64,000 nt of DNA from Ostreococcus lucimarinus (Eukaryota): assembly GCA_000092065.1 (NCBI GenBank), contig CP000582.1, one strand, 5' to 3'. Below are positions 15,401 to 20,513 of this stretch, in pieces. A model generated the notes under the pieces. It searched no databases and had not been told where the DNA came from. It saw only the letters and a program-made list of their open reading frames with translations. Each line of letters starts with the position of its first letter. The first letter of the stretch is position 1. The position numbers and the translations under genes are program-made.

Positions 15401-18400
15401 ACTTTTCAGCGCAGCGAGGGCAGTCTTTGGGTCCATGAAGCCAACTCCTAGACGCGACATATTTCGTTCTATGTACTTATTACGGATCGCCATTCCGACC
15501 TTCCCCCAGGCGCCCCATTGAACGCTGCACACAGGGCGACCAGCTGTGTGCTCAAATTGAGCGAGAGTATCCAAGGCAGAATTTGCGCATGAATAATTTG
15601 CCTGTCCTGGTGAACCTATTCGTGCCGTTATGGAAGAAAAGAAAATGGCGCTTAAAAGCGGTTTGCTTGAGTATAGATCAGCGTCAATGGTGAGAACTTT
15701 AGGAGCAAAGACTTCACGAATGCGTGCTGGCGTTTGTCGCAGAAGCAAGGCATCCGATGTACAACCTGCCGCATGAATAAAGCATAATGAATCCACAGCG
15801 TATCGATTTATCTGTATATTAGTGTGTACGTAGGATTGTACAAACGACACAACGCTGTCACTGTACTGATGCTGTCTTAGCATACAGTTTGTTCGTCCAA
15901 AGCGACTCATTAGTGTATGTGGTGAGCTGTACCTCATTAGGAAAGTACTAGTGAGTTGCCCTGTAGCTCCTGTTCCTCCCATGATGAAGTAAGACCGATT
16001 AAGATCGCAGGAGGCTATGAATTCACTTTTGTTACGATCGAGCTTGATCTTATGTATTTTGCGATTAGAGCACGCCAACTGTTGAGCAAGAGATTCTTTC
16101 AGGCACCGGTGCAATACATGAAATTTTCTCAGACTTTTGTATTGCGTAAAAGCCTGTAGTAGGATGCTAGAGTGTTGAAACGGCGCATCTTCACCCCGTA
16201 CAACTAGGGAAACATTTTCTTTGATGCATTCAGTCTCAGCGCATCGGAACAGTGATGCAAGATACTTGATGGAATTCGTCTCACATAGCTCAACTCGACC
16301 TTCCATTTGCAGCACATAGGCGTGCAATACCATCACCGCATGAGCGACTATTTTTTCACGCATCAGTGATATAAATCGCGCGTGTGCTTGAGTGGTACAA
16401 GGTCTTAAGCTTGTGCTTGGTGAAAATCTTGACACGTACTTGACAATATTGATTCCATTGCTCAAATTATTTTTATGTGGATACCCATTTGCCTTTGTGC
16501 GTAGCATTTTGCATTTCACTTTGAATAACACCACGCAGCCAACCAGATGATTGCCAAGACTCTCACCATGGCTGTCCAATTCAATGTTACAGCGCGTACT
16601 TATGCGCCGCACTGACGTGATCTCAGGAGGAGATGTGCTACAAAACTTTATTATGGTCGGCAGCATCGTCACACACTTTGATACTTTCTGTCCATCTATG
16701 ACTCCCACACTGATCTGCAGAGTCGCGTCAATAATTGAGGGCACATGGCCTGATGTGAAGTTTGTTGATGCAGTCTCAACATGAGCGAGTGCAATGTTCA
16801 ACCGACGCCCACTGTCGAAGATCGGGCTCAATGTCTGCGAAGAGAAAACATAAAGTGTGTTGTGTCTATCGCACTTCTTGGATGCATGCTTTATCCTTGC
16901 ACGACAATGCTCACCTTGTGAAGTTTCCACTTTGATCGCACCGGTTATGGCGCGGACAGAAACTTCTATACGTTGGTGGTACTGCAAAAGTAATGGCCTC
17001 ACAATCGCAAGATCTTGAACCATTGCAGTGTGTAAATCAAATGTACCGCACGCTTGAGCCATGTAATCTATGTACCCAGCCGCTGGAAATAACGGTTTTC
17101 CATGGATGCAATGGTCCGACAGCACTGGTGTCGGCTGATGGAGGCGCGAAACAATCGAATTGTGGCACACTTTTATCGACGCACCCGAGCTGTGCACTGG
17201 AGATGCAAACCAGCACTGATTGCAGGAGAATAGCTTGGATGCGACACTATTGCAAGAACAGCCAGAATTTCGTGCTGTCGCCGATAATATCGCGTGAGCG
17301 TTTGTACCTTGAAATGCAAACGAGCTCGTTCCCGTCTTCGCATTTGCTTTATGCACATGCTGGCACGAAGCAGAAGCAGATCGCGGCACAGCAACGTTTG
17401 GCTCTTGAGAGGGATTTATTGACATTGCGTGCCACGCATGTACGTTGAGTAAGCGCATGTGCATTATGCCAGTGTGTCTTTGCATTTCTACGGCACGTGA
17501 TGCACTTATGAGCCCCGCCATACCGGCAGCACATTCAGCGTGCCCCATGTTCGTTTTGATTGCATGCAATCGTAAAGTTTCTGCCTGACCCAAAACAGAC
17601 ATCGCGCCTCCTACTTCTATGGGGTCACCAAGTGGCGTCCCAGTTCCATGCATTTCAAGGGCCCGCACTTCTAATGGCCGAGTCGAAGCGTTTGCCAGGG
17701 CTGATTTGATGACTCTGGTCTGCGATGGTCCATTTGGCGCCGTCAACGAGCTCGTTCGACCGTCTTGATTTACTGCGGTCCCACACAGCCACACGCTCTC
17801 GCTATTGACATTCGCGGTTGGACTCAGTAATAATGTATCACAGCTTTCGGCTCGCACGTAACCATCCGCGGCCGCATCGAGCGTCTTGCAGCGGCCATCA
17901 GGCGCTAGCATACCAGCGCGTAGAAACATGGCCGTCGTAGTCTCGGTGAGGATGAGGTTCACGCCACCCGTTACAGTTGAGTCGCACTCACTCTGAAATA
18001 CAGATGCCACACCGAGATGGACTGCCACAAGGGACGAGGAGCAGGCAGTGTCGATACTCATCGCCGGTCCTGTGAGATCGAATGTGAAGCATATCCGTCC
18101 AGAAGCGACACTCAACGCTTGTGATGTAGCATCTAGTGCACTTGCGGGGACACTTGTGGTTGTGCGCATGACCTCACCATACTCCATCCAAGCGATTCCA
18201 ATAAACACAGAAGTGTGAGATATTGTGTATTTCGGTAGACATAGCGAGCTCACGCAGTGTAGTAGCAGACGCTGCTGTGGGTCCATGCTGATCGCTTCTG
18301 CTTTTCCAATTCGGAAACCTTGCCAATCAAAGTTCGACACGTTTCTCAGTTTCCACATCGCGCACGACAAGTTTTCATCAAAGTGATAATAATGATCTGT

Positions 18401-20257
18401 TTCGAGAAGCTGTGTCAATTGAGTAGAAACCAGCACGTGTGTTCGCGTAGCTAACAAAAATAGATGATTCTCAGAGTGTTGACGCAATTCGTGTTCAACT
18501 GTCGCGTTCTGTGTCGTCTCCGTAGACTGTCTATATGTTGACTGATCCGTGTTCGTAATAAACGCTGTGATGTCATTGACCGTAGGATAGTCATACAGAA
18601 ATGTTGTCGGTAAGTCAATCTGGAAATACTCACTCATTTCAGCGATTATCACTACTGTCTGTGCTGAAGAAAGTCCCAGTGAATGTATAATCGGCTCATA
18701 CACACATTCAAGTGGAGAAAGTGAATGTGCGCAGCTTTGCAAAGCCTGTAGAACAAGCCATTTATCGTGCTTCTCAACACACTTTTTGGGATGTTTGCCG
18801 GAGAAAGCGCATGTCTGGTTATTTTGATTCGAAGACAGTCGATGTGACGATGGCATTCCAAACAGAAGCACGTCACAAAGAGACGTGACCTGCTCTTTTG
18901 CAATATTGTTATCTTCAACAGTTGGTGCGAGGTCTATATCGCTTCGATATCTTTGTTCGGCAAGCCGAGCACACGGGTACAGTATCGTACCATCGAAAGT
19001 ATCATGCATGTTAGTAACATCTCGTGAATCACTTTTTACGAGTTGGTATGGAGTTCCCGAACAGTTGAAAAAATCCGTCCTCTGTTGAAAGTCTCGCATT
19101 AATGCAAACTTGGAAGCGACTAGCATTTTACCATAATGAAATGGGAGGGTAACAAGTATTGGGCACAGTTTATTGATTTTGGTTTTCGTATCAATCAAGT
19201 CAGTTTGTCTCTCTGCTTCAGCCTCGGCGACGAGAAAAAATATCGAAATACCAGTTGTTGACCCTCCCAGTATGAAACTATCATTATCATTCTCGAGAAG
19301 GAGTCTTATGCGCTCAGCTGGATAAAGCTGTGTATTCAGTCGTTCCACGAATTCAGCCACTTTTGCACGAGTCCATCCACGAAACGCGAACATGTGCACG
19401 CGATTGCAAAGTGACTGATTTCTCAAATCGTTGTCACAAAATACAGTCATATGCCTGACCGTGGACTTTGCCCGAATGGATAACCATAGAAGAAACTTTG
19501 CAATTAATATAGGATACGCCCAGTGCATCCAAGAGTAAGTGAACTTTGCACCAGTCGAAAAAATATTTGAAGAAACTTCCTGTGAGATCCAGCCTTGCGA
19601 GTGCCCGATACTATGGTAGAAAGGTTGAATCTTTCGAAAGAGCAACTTGGAGCTTTTGAGAAACGTACTGAAGTGTACTATGTAGGTCAGTGAAGATGAT
19701 ATCGACGACTCCGCAAATTTATCAATCAATCTTACTTTCATCGGAATTGATTTTGAATAGCATTGTATTCGAATGTGATAGGCATCTGAATTATCGATCG
19801 AGGTTTCATCCAACGCACTGAGACCTTGGCCAGCAAAATTGAATGCATATTCCGTTGACCGTGGCGCAATCTTCGAAACATTATACGAAAAATGCGGTCT
19901 GCGAAGAAGCAGAGATCCATGTCGATAAACTGTTGGATCAAACCGTCTTCTACTCCGCGCCTGTTGAAATAGTTTTGCAGTATGCAAGGTTTCCTCAGGG
20001 CACTTTCCATAACTTTGCATTGAAGCAAAGTAATAGAAGGAGCTCAAATCAACGTCATGATCGAATGCGTCAGTCTGAACACTAAAAAGCTCATCGAAAA
20101 CACCCCAGTACAGCCGATCAAATGCGCTCGTGAAATGATGGGTTATTCTTTTGTGTCCACACCACTGTTCCGACGCCGAGTTGCTCGTGCATAGCTCGAG
20201 GTATGGGAACCCTTGACCCGGGAAATACGTACGCACTGAGACGTTTGGGAGTCGCAT
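1..20257 (-). CDS. Giant type I modular polyketide synthase, partial (C-terminus beyond window start): loading AT-ACP followed by at least 5 KS-KR-ACP modules plus the N-terminus of a sixth KS. No introns or stops found in the stretches translated by hand.
   Basis: Reverse-strand translation read by hand. KS motifs: DTACSSSLVAVHLG (active-site Cys), EMHGTGTPLGDPIE, KTNMGHAECAAGVAGL, SSFAFQGTNAHAIL. KR motifs: YFIMGGTGATGQLTSTFL (Rossmann), GQANYSCANSALDTLAQ plus WGAWGKVGMA (catalytic Tyr). ACP motifs: PLHDAGLDSLSAIEL and NGVDSTFALELADAL. AT motifs: AFNFAGQG and YHSIGHSQG. Frame is continuous 2880->1 (960 codons, no stop), continuous from the loading ACP into KS1, and the 3609-bp repeat is an exact multiple of 3. 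The ORF track lists no minus-strand ORFs here despite this. Confidence 0.85.
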   Translation of the reverse strand, partial: MRLPNVSVRTYFPGQGFPYLELCTSNSASEQWCGHKRITHHFTSAFDRLYWGVFDELFSVQTDAFDHDVDLSSFYYFASMQSYGKCPEETLHTAKLFQQARSRRRFDPTVYRHGSLLLRRPHFSYNVSKIAPRSTEYAFNFAGQGLSALDETSIDNSDAYHIRIQCYSKSIPMKVRLIDKFAESSISSSLTYIVHFSTFLKSSKLLFRKIQPFYHSIGHSQGWISQEVSSNIFSTGAKFTYSWMHWAYPILIAKFLLWLSIRAKSTVRHMTVFCDNDLRNQSLCNRVHMFAFRGWTRAKVAEFVERLNTQLYPAERIRLLLENDNDSFILGGSTTGISIFFLVAEAEAERQTDLIDTKTKINKLCPILVTLPFHYGKMLVASKFALMRDFQQRTDFFNCSGTPYQLVKSDSRDVTNMHDTFDGTILYPCARLAEQRYRSDIDLAPTVEDNNIAKEQVTSLCDVLLFGMPSSHRLSSNQNNQTCAFSGKHPKKCVEKHDKWLVLQALQSCAHSLSPLECVYEPIIHSLGLSSAQTVVIIAEMSEYFQIDLPTTFLYDYPTVNDITAFITNTDQSTYRQSTETTQNATVEHELRQHSENHLFLLATRTHVLVSTQLTQLLETDHYYHFDENLSCAMWKLRNVSNFDWQGFRIGKAEAISMDPQQRLLLHCVSSLCLPKYTISHTSVFIGIAWMEYGEVMRTTTSVPASALDATSQALSVASGRICFTFDLTGPAMSIDTACSSSLVAVHLGVASVFQSECDSTVTGGVNLILTETTTAMFLRAGMLAPDGRCKTLDAAADGYVRAESCDTLLLSPTANVNSESVWLCGTAVNQDGRTSSLTAPNGPSQTRVIKSALANASTRPLEVRALEMHGTGTPLGDPIEVGGAMSVLGQAETLRLHAIKTNMGHAECAAGMAGLISASRAVEMQRHTGIMHMRLLNVHAWHAMSINPSQEPNVAVPRSASASCQHVHKANAKTGTSSFAFQGTNAHAILSATARNSGCSCNSVASKLFSCNQCWFASPVHSSGASIKVCHNSIVSRLHQPTPVLSDHCIHGKPLFPAAGYIDYMAQACGTFDLHTAMVQDLAIVRPLLLQYHQRIEVSVRAITGAIKVETSQGEHCRARIKHASKKCDRHNTLYVFSSQTLSPIFDSGRRLNIALAHVETASTNFTSGHVPSIIDATLQISVGVIDGQKVSKCVTMLPTIIKFCSTSPPEITSVRRISTRCNIELDSHGESLGNHLVGCVVLFKVKCKMLRTKANGYPHKNNLSNGINIVKYVSRFSPSTSLRPCTTQAHARFISLMREKIVAHAVMVLHAYVLQMEGRVELCETNSIKYLASLFRCAETECIKENVSLVVRGEDAPFQHSSILLQAFTQYKSLRKFHVLHRCLKESLAQQLACSNRKIHKIKLDRNKSEFIASCDLNRSYFIMGGTGATGQLTSTFLMRYSSPHTLMSRFGRTNCMLRQHQYSDSVVSFVQSYVHTNIQINRYAVDSLCFIHAAGCTSDALLLRQTPARIREVFAPKVLTIDADLYSSKPLLSAIFFSSITARIGSPGQANYSCANSALDTLAQFEHTAGRPVCSVQWGAWGKVGMAIRNKYIERNMSRLGVGFMDPKTALAALKSTMRRIENAPLSCGAVLVVCQNAFTSDSTKADWLLEKHTTGLQSVHTRKIADKQTTLERQKKFTTSGVRCHTTQDCLSLLHKMVCTLIGFDVDPDIPLHDAGLDSLSAIELASKISTHFDRQVAPSLVFDFPTISKLCTYLMQNVEHSCDEAHGIEALCRSPQNAPFVQPNLQCVLAVSSGTSHGAAGVANCDSIALMPTARRILSDELGESDPRLKVGCFVESIVMFDWQGFRIGKAEAISMDPQQRLLLHCVSSLCLPKYTISHTSVFIGIAWMEYGEVMRTTTSVPASALDATSQALSVASGRICFTFDLTGSAMSIDTACSSSLVAVHLGVASVFQSECDSTVTGGVNLILTETTTAMFLRAGMLAPDGRCKTLDAAADGYVRAESCDTLLLSPTANVNSESVWLCGTAVNQDGRTSSLTAPNGPSQTRVIKSALANASTRPLEVRALEMHGTGTPLGDPIEVGGAMSVLGQAETLRLHAIKTNMGHAECAAGMAGLISASRAVEMQRHTGIMHMRLLNVHAWHAMSINPSQEPNVAVPRSASASCQHVHKANAKTGTSSFAFQGTNAHAILSATARNSGCSCNSVASKLFSCNQCWFASPVHSSGASIKVCHNSIVSRLHQPTPALSDHCIHGKPLFPAAGYIDYMAQACGTFDLHTAMVQDLAIVRPLLLQYHQRIEVSVRAITGAIKVETSQGEHCRARIKHASKKCDRHNTLYVFSSQTLSPIFDSGRRLNIALAHVETASTNFTSGHVPSIIDATLQISVGVIDGQKVSKCVTMLPTIIKFCSTSPPEITSVRRISTRCNIELDSHGESLGNHLVGCVVLFKVKCKMLRTKANGYPHKNNLSNGINIVKYVSRFSPSTSLRPCTTQAHARFISLMREKIVAHAVMVLHAYVLQMEGRVELCETNSIKYLASLFRCAETECIKENVSLVVRGEDAPFQHSSILLQAFTQYKSLRKFHVLHRCLKESLAQQLACSNRKIHKIKLDRNKSEFIASCDLNRSYFIMGGTGATGQLTSTFLMRYSSPHTLMSRFGRTNCMLRQHQYSDSVVSFVQSYVHTNIQINRYAVDSLCFIHAAGCTSDALLLRQTPARIREVFAPKVLTIDADLYSSKPLLSAIFFSSITARIGSPGQANYSCANSALDTLAQFEHTAGRPVCSVQWGAWGKVGMAIRNKYIERNMSRLGVGFMDPKTALAALKSTMRRIENAPLSCGAVLVVCQNAFTSDSTKADWLLEKHTTGLQSVHTRKIADKQTTLERQKKFTTSGVRCHTTQDCLSLLHKMVCTLIGFDVDPDIPLHDAGLDSLSAIELASKISTHFDRQVAPSLVFDFPTISKLCTYLMQNVEHSCDEAHGIEALCRSPQNAPFVQPNLQCVLAVSSGTSHGAAGVANCDSIALMPTARRILSDELGESDPRLKVGCFVESIVMFDWQGFRIGKAEAISMDPQQRLLLHCVSSLCLPKYTISHTSVFIGIAWMEYGEVMRTTTSVPASALDATSQALSVASGRICFTFDLTGSAMSIDTACSSSLVAVHLGVASVFQSECDSTVTGGVNLILTETTTAMFLRAGMLAPDGRCKTLDAAADGYVRAESCDTLLLSPTANVNSESVWLCGTAVNQDGRTSSLTAPNGPSQTRVIKSALANASTRPLEVRALEMHGTGTPLGDPIEVGGAMSVLGQAETLRLHAIKTNMGHAECAAGMAGLISASRAVEMQRHTGIMHMRLLNVHAWHAMSINPSQEPNVAVPRSASASCQHVHKANAKTGTSSFAFQGTNAHAILSATARNSGCSCNSVASKLFSCNQCWFASPVHSSGASIKVCHNSIVSRLHQPTPALSDHCIHGKPLFPAAGYIDYMAQACGTFDLHTAMVQDLAIVRPLLLQYHQRIEVSVRAITGAIKVETSQGEHCRARIKHASKKCDTSMKQFDSPTIAPLLRSNVHVVTHSISSYDLHHNAASLSNTSAAFIIAVNAVIGDAVSQKIAIKGLRWFASCGVSIFESVSKVKTVGSYTISGCSMSLDKLLGFDSQFKASSLTCKAPCKIQNITIFYECQDADFEPVPRKIQACSVMQVAADIALLTSLMRRHIELIHCTNATKQLHQICKVAVQENIVPSNSYVDQHKFFDKTVPSALYLRLSDEKGKKTEQLTIIGGSGGIGRLIRTKMQCIKLPNRSGKSQIYVHERTFYIECFMYVWRTHNHNCMLTDKCSSIRLVHAAGCTSDALLLRQTPARIREVFAPKVLTIDADLYSSKPLLSAIFFSSITARIGSPGQANYSCANSALDTLAQFEHTAGRPVCSVQWGAWGKVGMAIRNKYIERNMSRLGVGFMDPKTALAALKSTMRRIENAPLSCGAVLVVCQNAFTSDSTKADWLLEKHTTGLQSVHTRKIADKQTTLERQKKFTTSGVRCHTTQDCLSLLHKMVCTLIGFDVDPDIPLHDAGLDSLSAIELASKISTHFDRQVAPSLVFDFPTISKLCTYLMQNVEHSCDEAHGIEALCRSPQNAPFVQPNLQCVLAVSSGTSHGAAGVANCDSIALMPTARRILSDELGESDPRLKVGCFVESIVMFDWQGFRIGKAEAISMDPQQRLLLEHSQRLFHSHLFSIYTGISLGISSYPEVSLGAREHSCAYSASGQHISVASGRLAYIFDMQGPAVSVDTACSSALVAMYIARRETLGCRNTFDAVHDMLCGGVHIISPRNSYLCYLAGMLSAEGRCKVLDMHADGYVRGECCELQILSRCKSHTQRCVLMACTVAQDGRTSSLTAPNGIAQVILISTTAHAATVEVDHIGAIQLHGTGTILGDPIEVSSTFKALRPPMKVSHAPLMAQAVKSRSGHAEPASGCASFAHLVHSLSESAAIAIVHLRHLNAHVSDVLSLNSKIQLALFTRENMQSLSRTQAISSFAFQGTNAHAIVSVAHDEFQIRRQLACKSIMYTPIDCWGLQIMAPFRAHVTNRVLETVFLLNHVENQFLTDHQVLNRTCLPGTLLAQILRESMKNITKNQTLLLLRDVVFIKPAHFGNVQIKIWQRTGILSNAGSAINCTFSFALTSLTHTQQRVHTYTKKHCEKQSKILGRVDSQHRPSPFTMSATCDACLQICQTYSITAGYLPKAVESIRQNCMASHSMDVMDSKCMMQTASAGEVHASFILYSAGNKTSAMMTMHGCTASIIRMRHLSSLMTTERKSCGALDFVHSVYYETENSRSIHAPEWPSRPALFGVETASMMCFMQSKYVKVQSPALSSVGHSHLEAVLRCIMYEEGKQKRVTNSTFRKVKMPCQLRISVQQQFLYPKMQVATDSNQSILVEIKRSFASGSSVKSMLMNAKVAHIPFIGVVATKLSKSSLNAGDVILCTASYEQLQNSSQYIWIEMSQMHFVHYSCLLSLVRTQTEERIERERFRTMSNHHTQCSVSDEELNQNIIAFLKHLRYNLPSEHFISNRCEYWGITGGTGGIGVMNVGWLAHNHNVLGICVSCRSGKSAKPKLFNHWRISLKLRQDDSCASTTVLPYEGDTNTFGIVHMSGVTKDALHASQNPHSIRSTFAPKTGSFSCSKTHLHHAMLVSIVFSSLAVFGSIGQANYSSANATLDMMSAHKKASGMNIVSTRWGAWSAVGMAIDTRRISANTAFMPSINPHLALDILKNLYVLSSDIFSAPCYSVIGQKLHNQAHLGSGFNSHELSSKDDATIYSTKAGAEDETHDDLISLEGLIFRNLSSITGINQDEKSINTPLTSLGLDSIGMSQLAMSLAVETSLNLPHTLGFDYPTVKSLARHLADRLQSSSSSSIQSRQSLRVLEGSSAENLGNRSITLASFYGNMSTATYDDEVTLVDSRFDSFFESGNPPFAFHMNNVNNFDAHIFDLNERTTAQMDPRQRTLLKCTFGCIYDDQGVIDGQTGCFIGVSADEYGALRLIFPLNFRDVPASSVSSVASGRICFTFDLTGPAMSIDTACSSSLVAVHLGVASVFQSECDSTVTGGVNLILTETTTAMFLRAGMLAPDGRCKTLDAAADGYVRAESCDTLLLSPTANVNSESVWLCGTAVNQDGRTSSLTAPNGPSQTRVIKSALANASTRPLEVRALEMHGTGTPLGDPIEVGGAMSVLGQAETLRLHAIKTNMGHAECAAGVAGLISASRAVEMQRHTGIMHMRLLNVHAWHAMSINPSQEPNVAVPRSASASCQHVHKANAKTGTSSFAFQGTNAHAILSATVYSALYKRPMDGNPLLLDEKYLLHDYMTVECKAYYLDSSQWLTFKQRNNMDNDIARMSDLLFAVHSVVGITTNERLTMLSQVVLTTHNAVKDNLVVHLCERTSVFKVVGSNGVNTGKGCVTVTPQVRDRRFLSVCQFFRNSISTCRAMEHTLFSDTGVKEQLLKSCMHHFLRISCAMVQFSRLLNTTCAHRTVSNRKITRTKSRIQSSNNLIECEESASQIRRRAKLPTHQYVANWVYGAAKHQRIDGTDCINFGSFKASRIGKRAFNLDLCDIVPYQRVEDSSYTFASIYASMFTFLPLISIVSRSCSSTCFNLATQPRPASEAACTFGTMESLIQALHLEYPHVQVALAPKPVFEKFTFLSCSSCKMRVEAGKIFTQRLAQVSLRSTLREGRQREFAWTCSHNVLTYGGTHGITAHLINNLKRHSHCNVCIVGRTGRSRVLHVDPTFSTEDDYLTISRACVCNLDELAAIKSRFCKDQNKKLSVIHSAGVFQMTPVKHLTPAQMMAVFVPKVATSVQAKKDNTPWLFPSHSRQIDIFLSSISAVFGLGRAASYAASNAYIDELSLWFHSFGSEIISIRLGPFASVGMALNATWDSSILGLTSICPNKLCSIISKCHLTRALPGVLVVKLDMQKYDSQFRVLLNQTEHSLQQWDLLDDLLDRVKHPSTQIVSDDNYLEAMHVDVVQSHVASVVQRVLTDLRGCRNGPFSLDESVMTNGVDSTFALELADALSSKLHIDVPKLVAFEHPTLRSLIRFLSQQNQCMLSESHQNQISIQRSSCSLTTQHKRHSIDVRVYAKTFHSQSTVTHKIPLFDAIQGLEKRWIIDLFKFDTLDGALPPSFGGFIAQVYHFDANTFDMSRMEARLCDPQQRVLLGTAASLLDKKYCVNGCAKSVFVGITSSDYARILRDKSTLANGYESATNVSNVAAGRISFTFNFTGQSI
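540..4050 (-). other. PKS module 5: KS-KR-ACP.
   Basis: KS C-terminal 2/3 (2832-3664) is identical to the array KS, while its N-terminal part is divergent. KR: LSVIHSAGV and GLGRAASYAASNAYID (about 1150-1380). ACP: NGVDSTFALELADALSSKLHIDVPKLVAFEHPTLRSLIRFL (about 540-720). Confidence 0.75.
4150..7990 (-). other. PKS module 4: divergent KS-KR-ACP.
   Basis: Divergent KS: AVSVDTACSSALVA (about 7425-7466), HGTGTILGDPIEV, SSFAFQGTNAHAIV (about 6692-6733). KR: GQANYSSANATLD...RWGAWSAVGMA (about 4690-4760). ACP: SLGLDSIGMSQLAMSLA (about 4200-4250). Confidence 0.65.
8000..11370 (-). other. PKS module 3: KS-KR-ACP, with a mosaic KR.
   Basis: KS Cys about 10826. Region 9645-10316 is identical to the other copies, 8770-9645 is divergent, and 7625-8770 is identical again (KR Tyr about 8595, ACP Ser about 8091). 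Confidence 0.7.
11390..14980 (-). other. PKS module 2: KS-KR-ACP with no AT.
   Basis: KS Cys codon about 14435; KR Rossmann about 15954/12345 (copies); KR Tyr about 11985; ACP Ser about 11481. The gap from KS C-terminus (SSFAFQGTNAHAIL at about 13684) to KR Tyr is about 563 aa, too short to hold an AT plus the KR N-terminal subdomain. Confidence 0.75.
15000..18520 (-). other. PKS module 1: KS-KR-ACP with no AT.
   Basis: KS Cys codon about 18044; KR catalytic Tyr about 15594; ACP Ser about 15090. Sequence identical to modules 2/3 (tandem copy). Confidence 0.75.
18560..18800 (-). other. PKS loading ACP domain.
   Basis: Translation ...YEPIIHSLGLSSAQTVVIIAEMSEYFQIDLPTTFLYDYPTVNDITAFI has ACP-like helix II/III context; LGLSS is the probable phosphopantetheine site (Ser codons about 18665-18670). 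Leads directly in frame into the KS1 N-terminus (...NFDWQGFRIGKAEAISMDPQQRLLLH). Confidence 0.6.
18950..20257 (-). other. PKS loading acyltransferase (AT) domain; candidate start codon at 20257.
   Basis: In-frame stop TAA at 20338-20340, then MRLPNVSVRTYFPGQG... About 150 aa later comes AFNFAGQGLSALDE, and about 73 aa after that GHSQG (plus 19590-19604, minus strand). That spacing is typical of malonyl-CoA:ACP transacylase-type ATs. Start codon uncertain; an upstream exon is possible. Confidence 0.6.
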
Positions 20258-20513
20258 GACCGCCTGTTGATAATCGTAGGAAATTTTTTACACAAGTGAC
20301 GCGATATGGTGCGATGCGATCTGGCGCGCATAGTACGTTTCTGTACTTGTGTAGCATAACGATGTGACAACTGTGCTACTTGATAGGAAATACTTCGGAA
20401 GTACGTAAGCGGGCGAAACTTTTATAGTTCGTGTGTGCCTTAGGAAGCATATTGTCTGCAAGGAAATGATTTAATGTGCTCGTTTTACACTATCTATACC
20501 AAGTAAATGCTAT

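Larger units (their letters stand above)
2832..18316 (-). repeat. Tandem array of near-identical PKS module DNA with a 3609-bp period, about 4.3 copies; the outer copies are mosaic.
   Basis: Identical ORF-track peptides recur at +3609 (9775/13384/16993; 11224/14833; 11655/15264; 12942/16551; 13740/17349), and anchor strings repeat in the nucleotide sequence. Identity blocks: 2832-3664, 7625-8770, 9645-18316. Divergence points sit at 3664, 8770, 9645 and 18316. Confidence 0.9.

Noticed and set aside
2832-18316. Possible CRISPR array or rDNA repeat suggested by regular spacing.
   Set aside because: Repeat unit is 3.6 kb of protein-coding sequence with no short direct repeats or spacers. No rRNA-like conserved cores.
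2749-18633. Numerous 60-150-aa plus-strand and off-frame minus-strand ORFs in the track that recur every 3609 bp (e.g. 9775..10230, 11224..11604, 13740..13925).
   Set aside because: They are antisense or alternate-frame shadows of the repeated PKS coding sequence. Their periodic identity simply reflects the tandem module duplication, and the biologically meaningful frame is the continuous minus-strand KS-KR-ACP frame.
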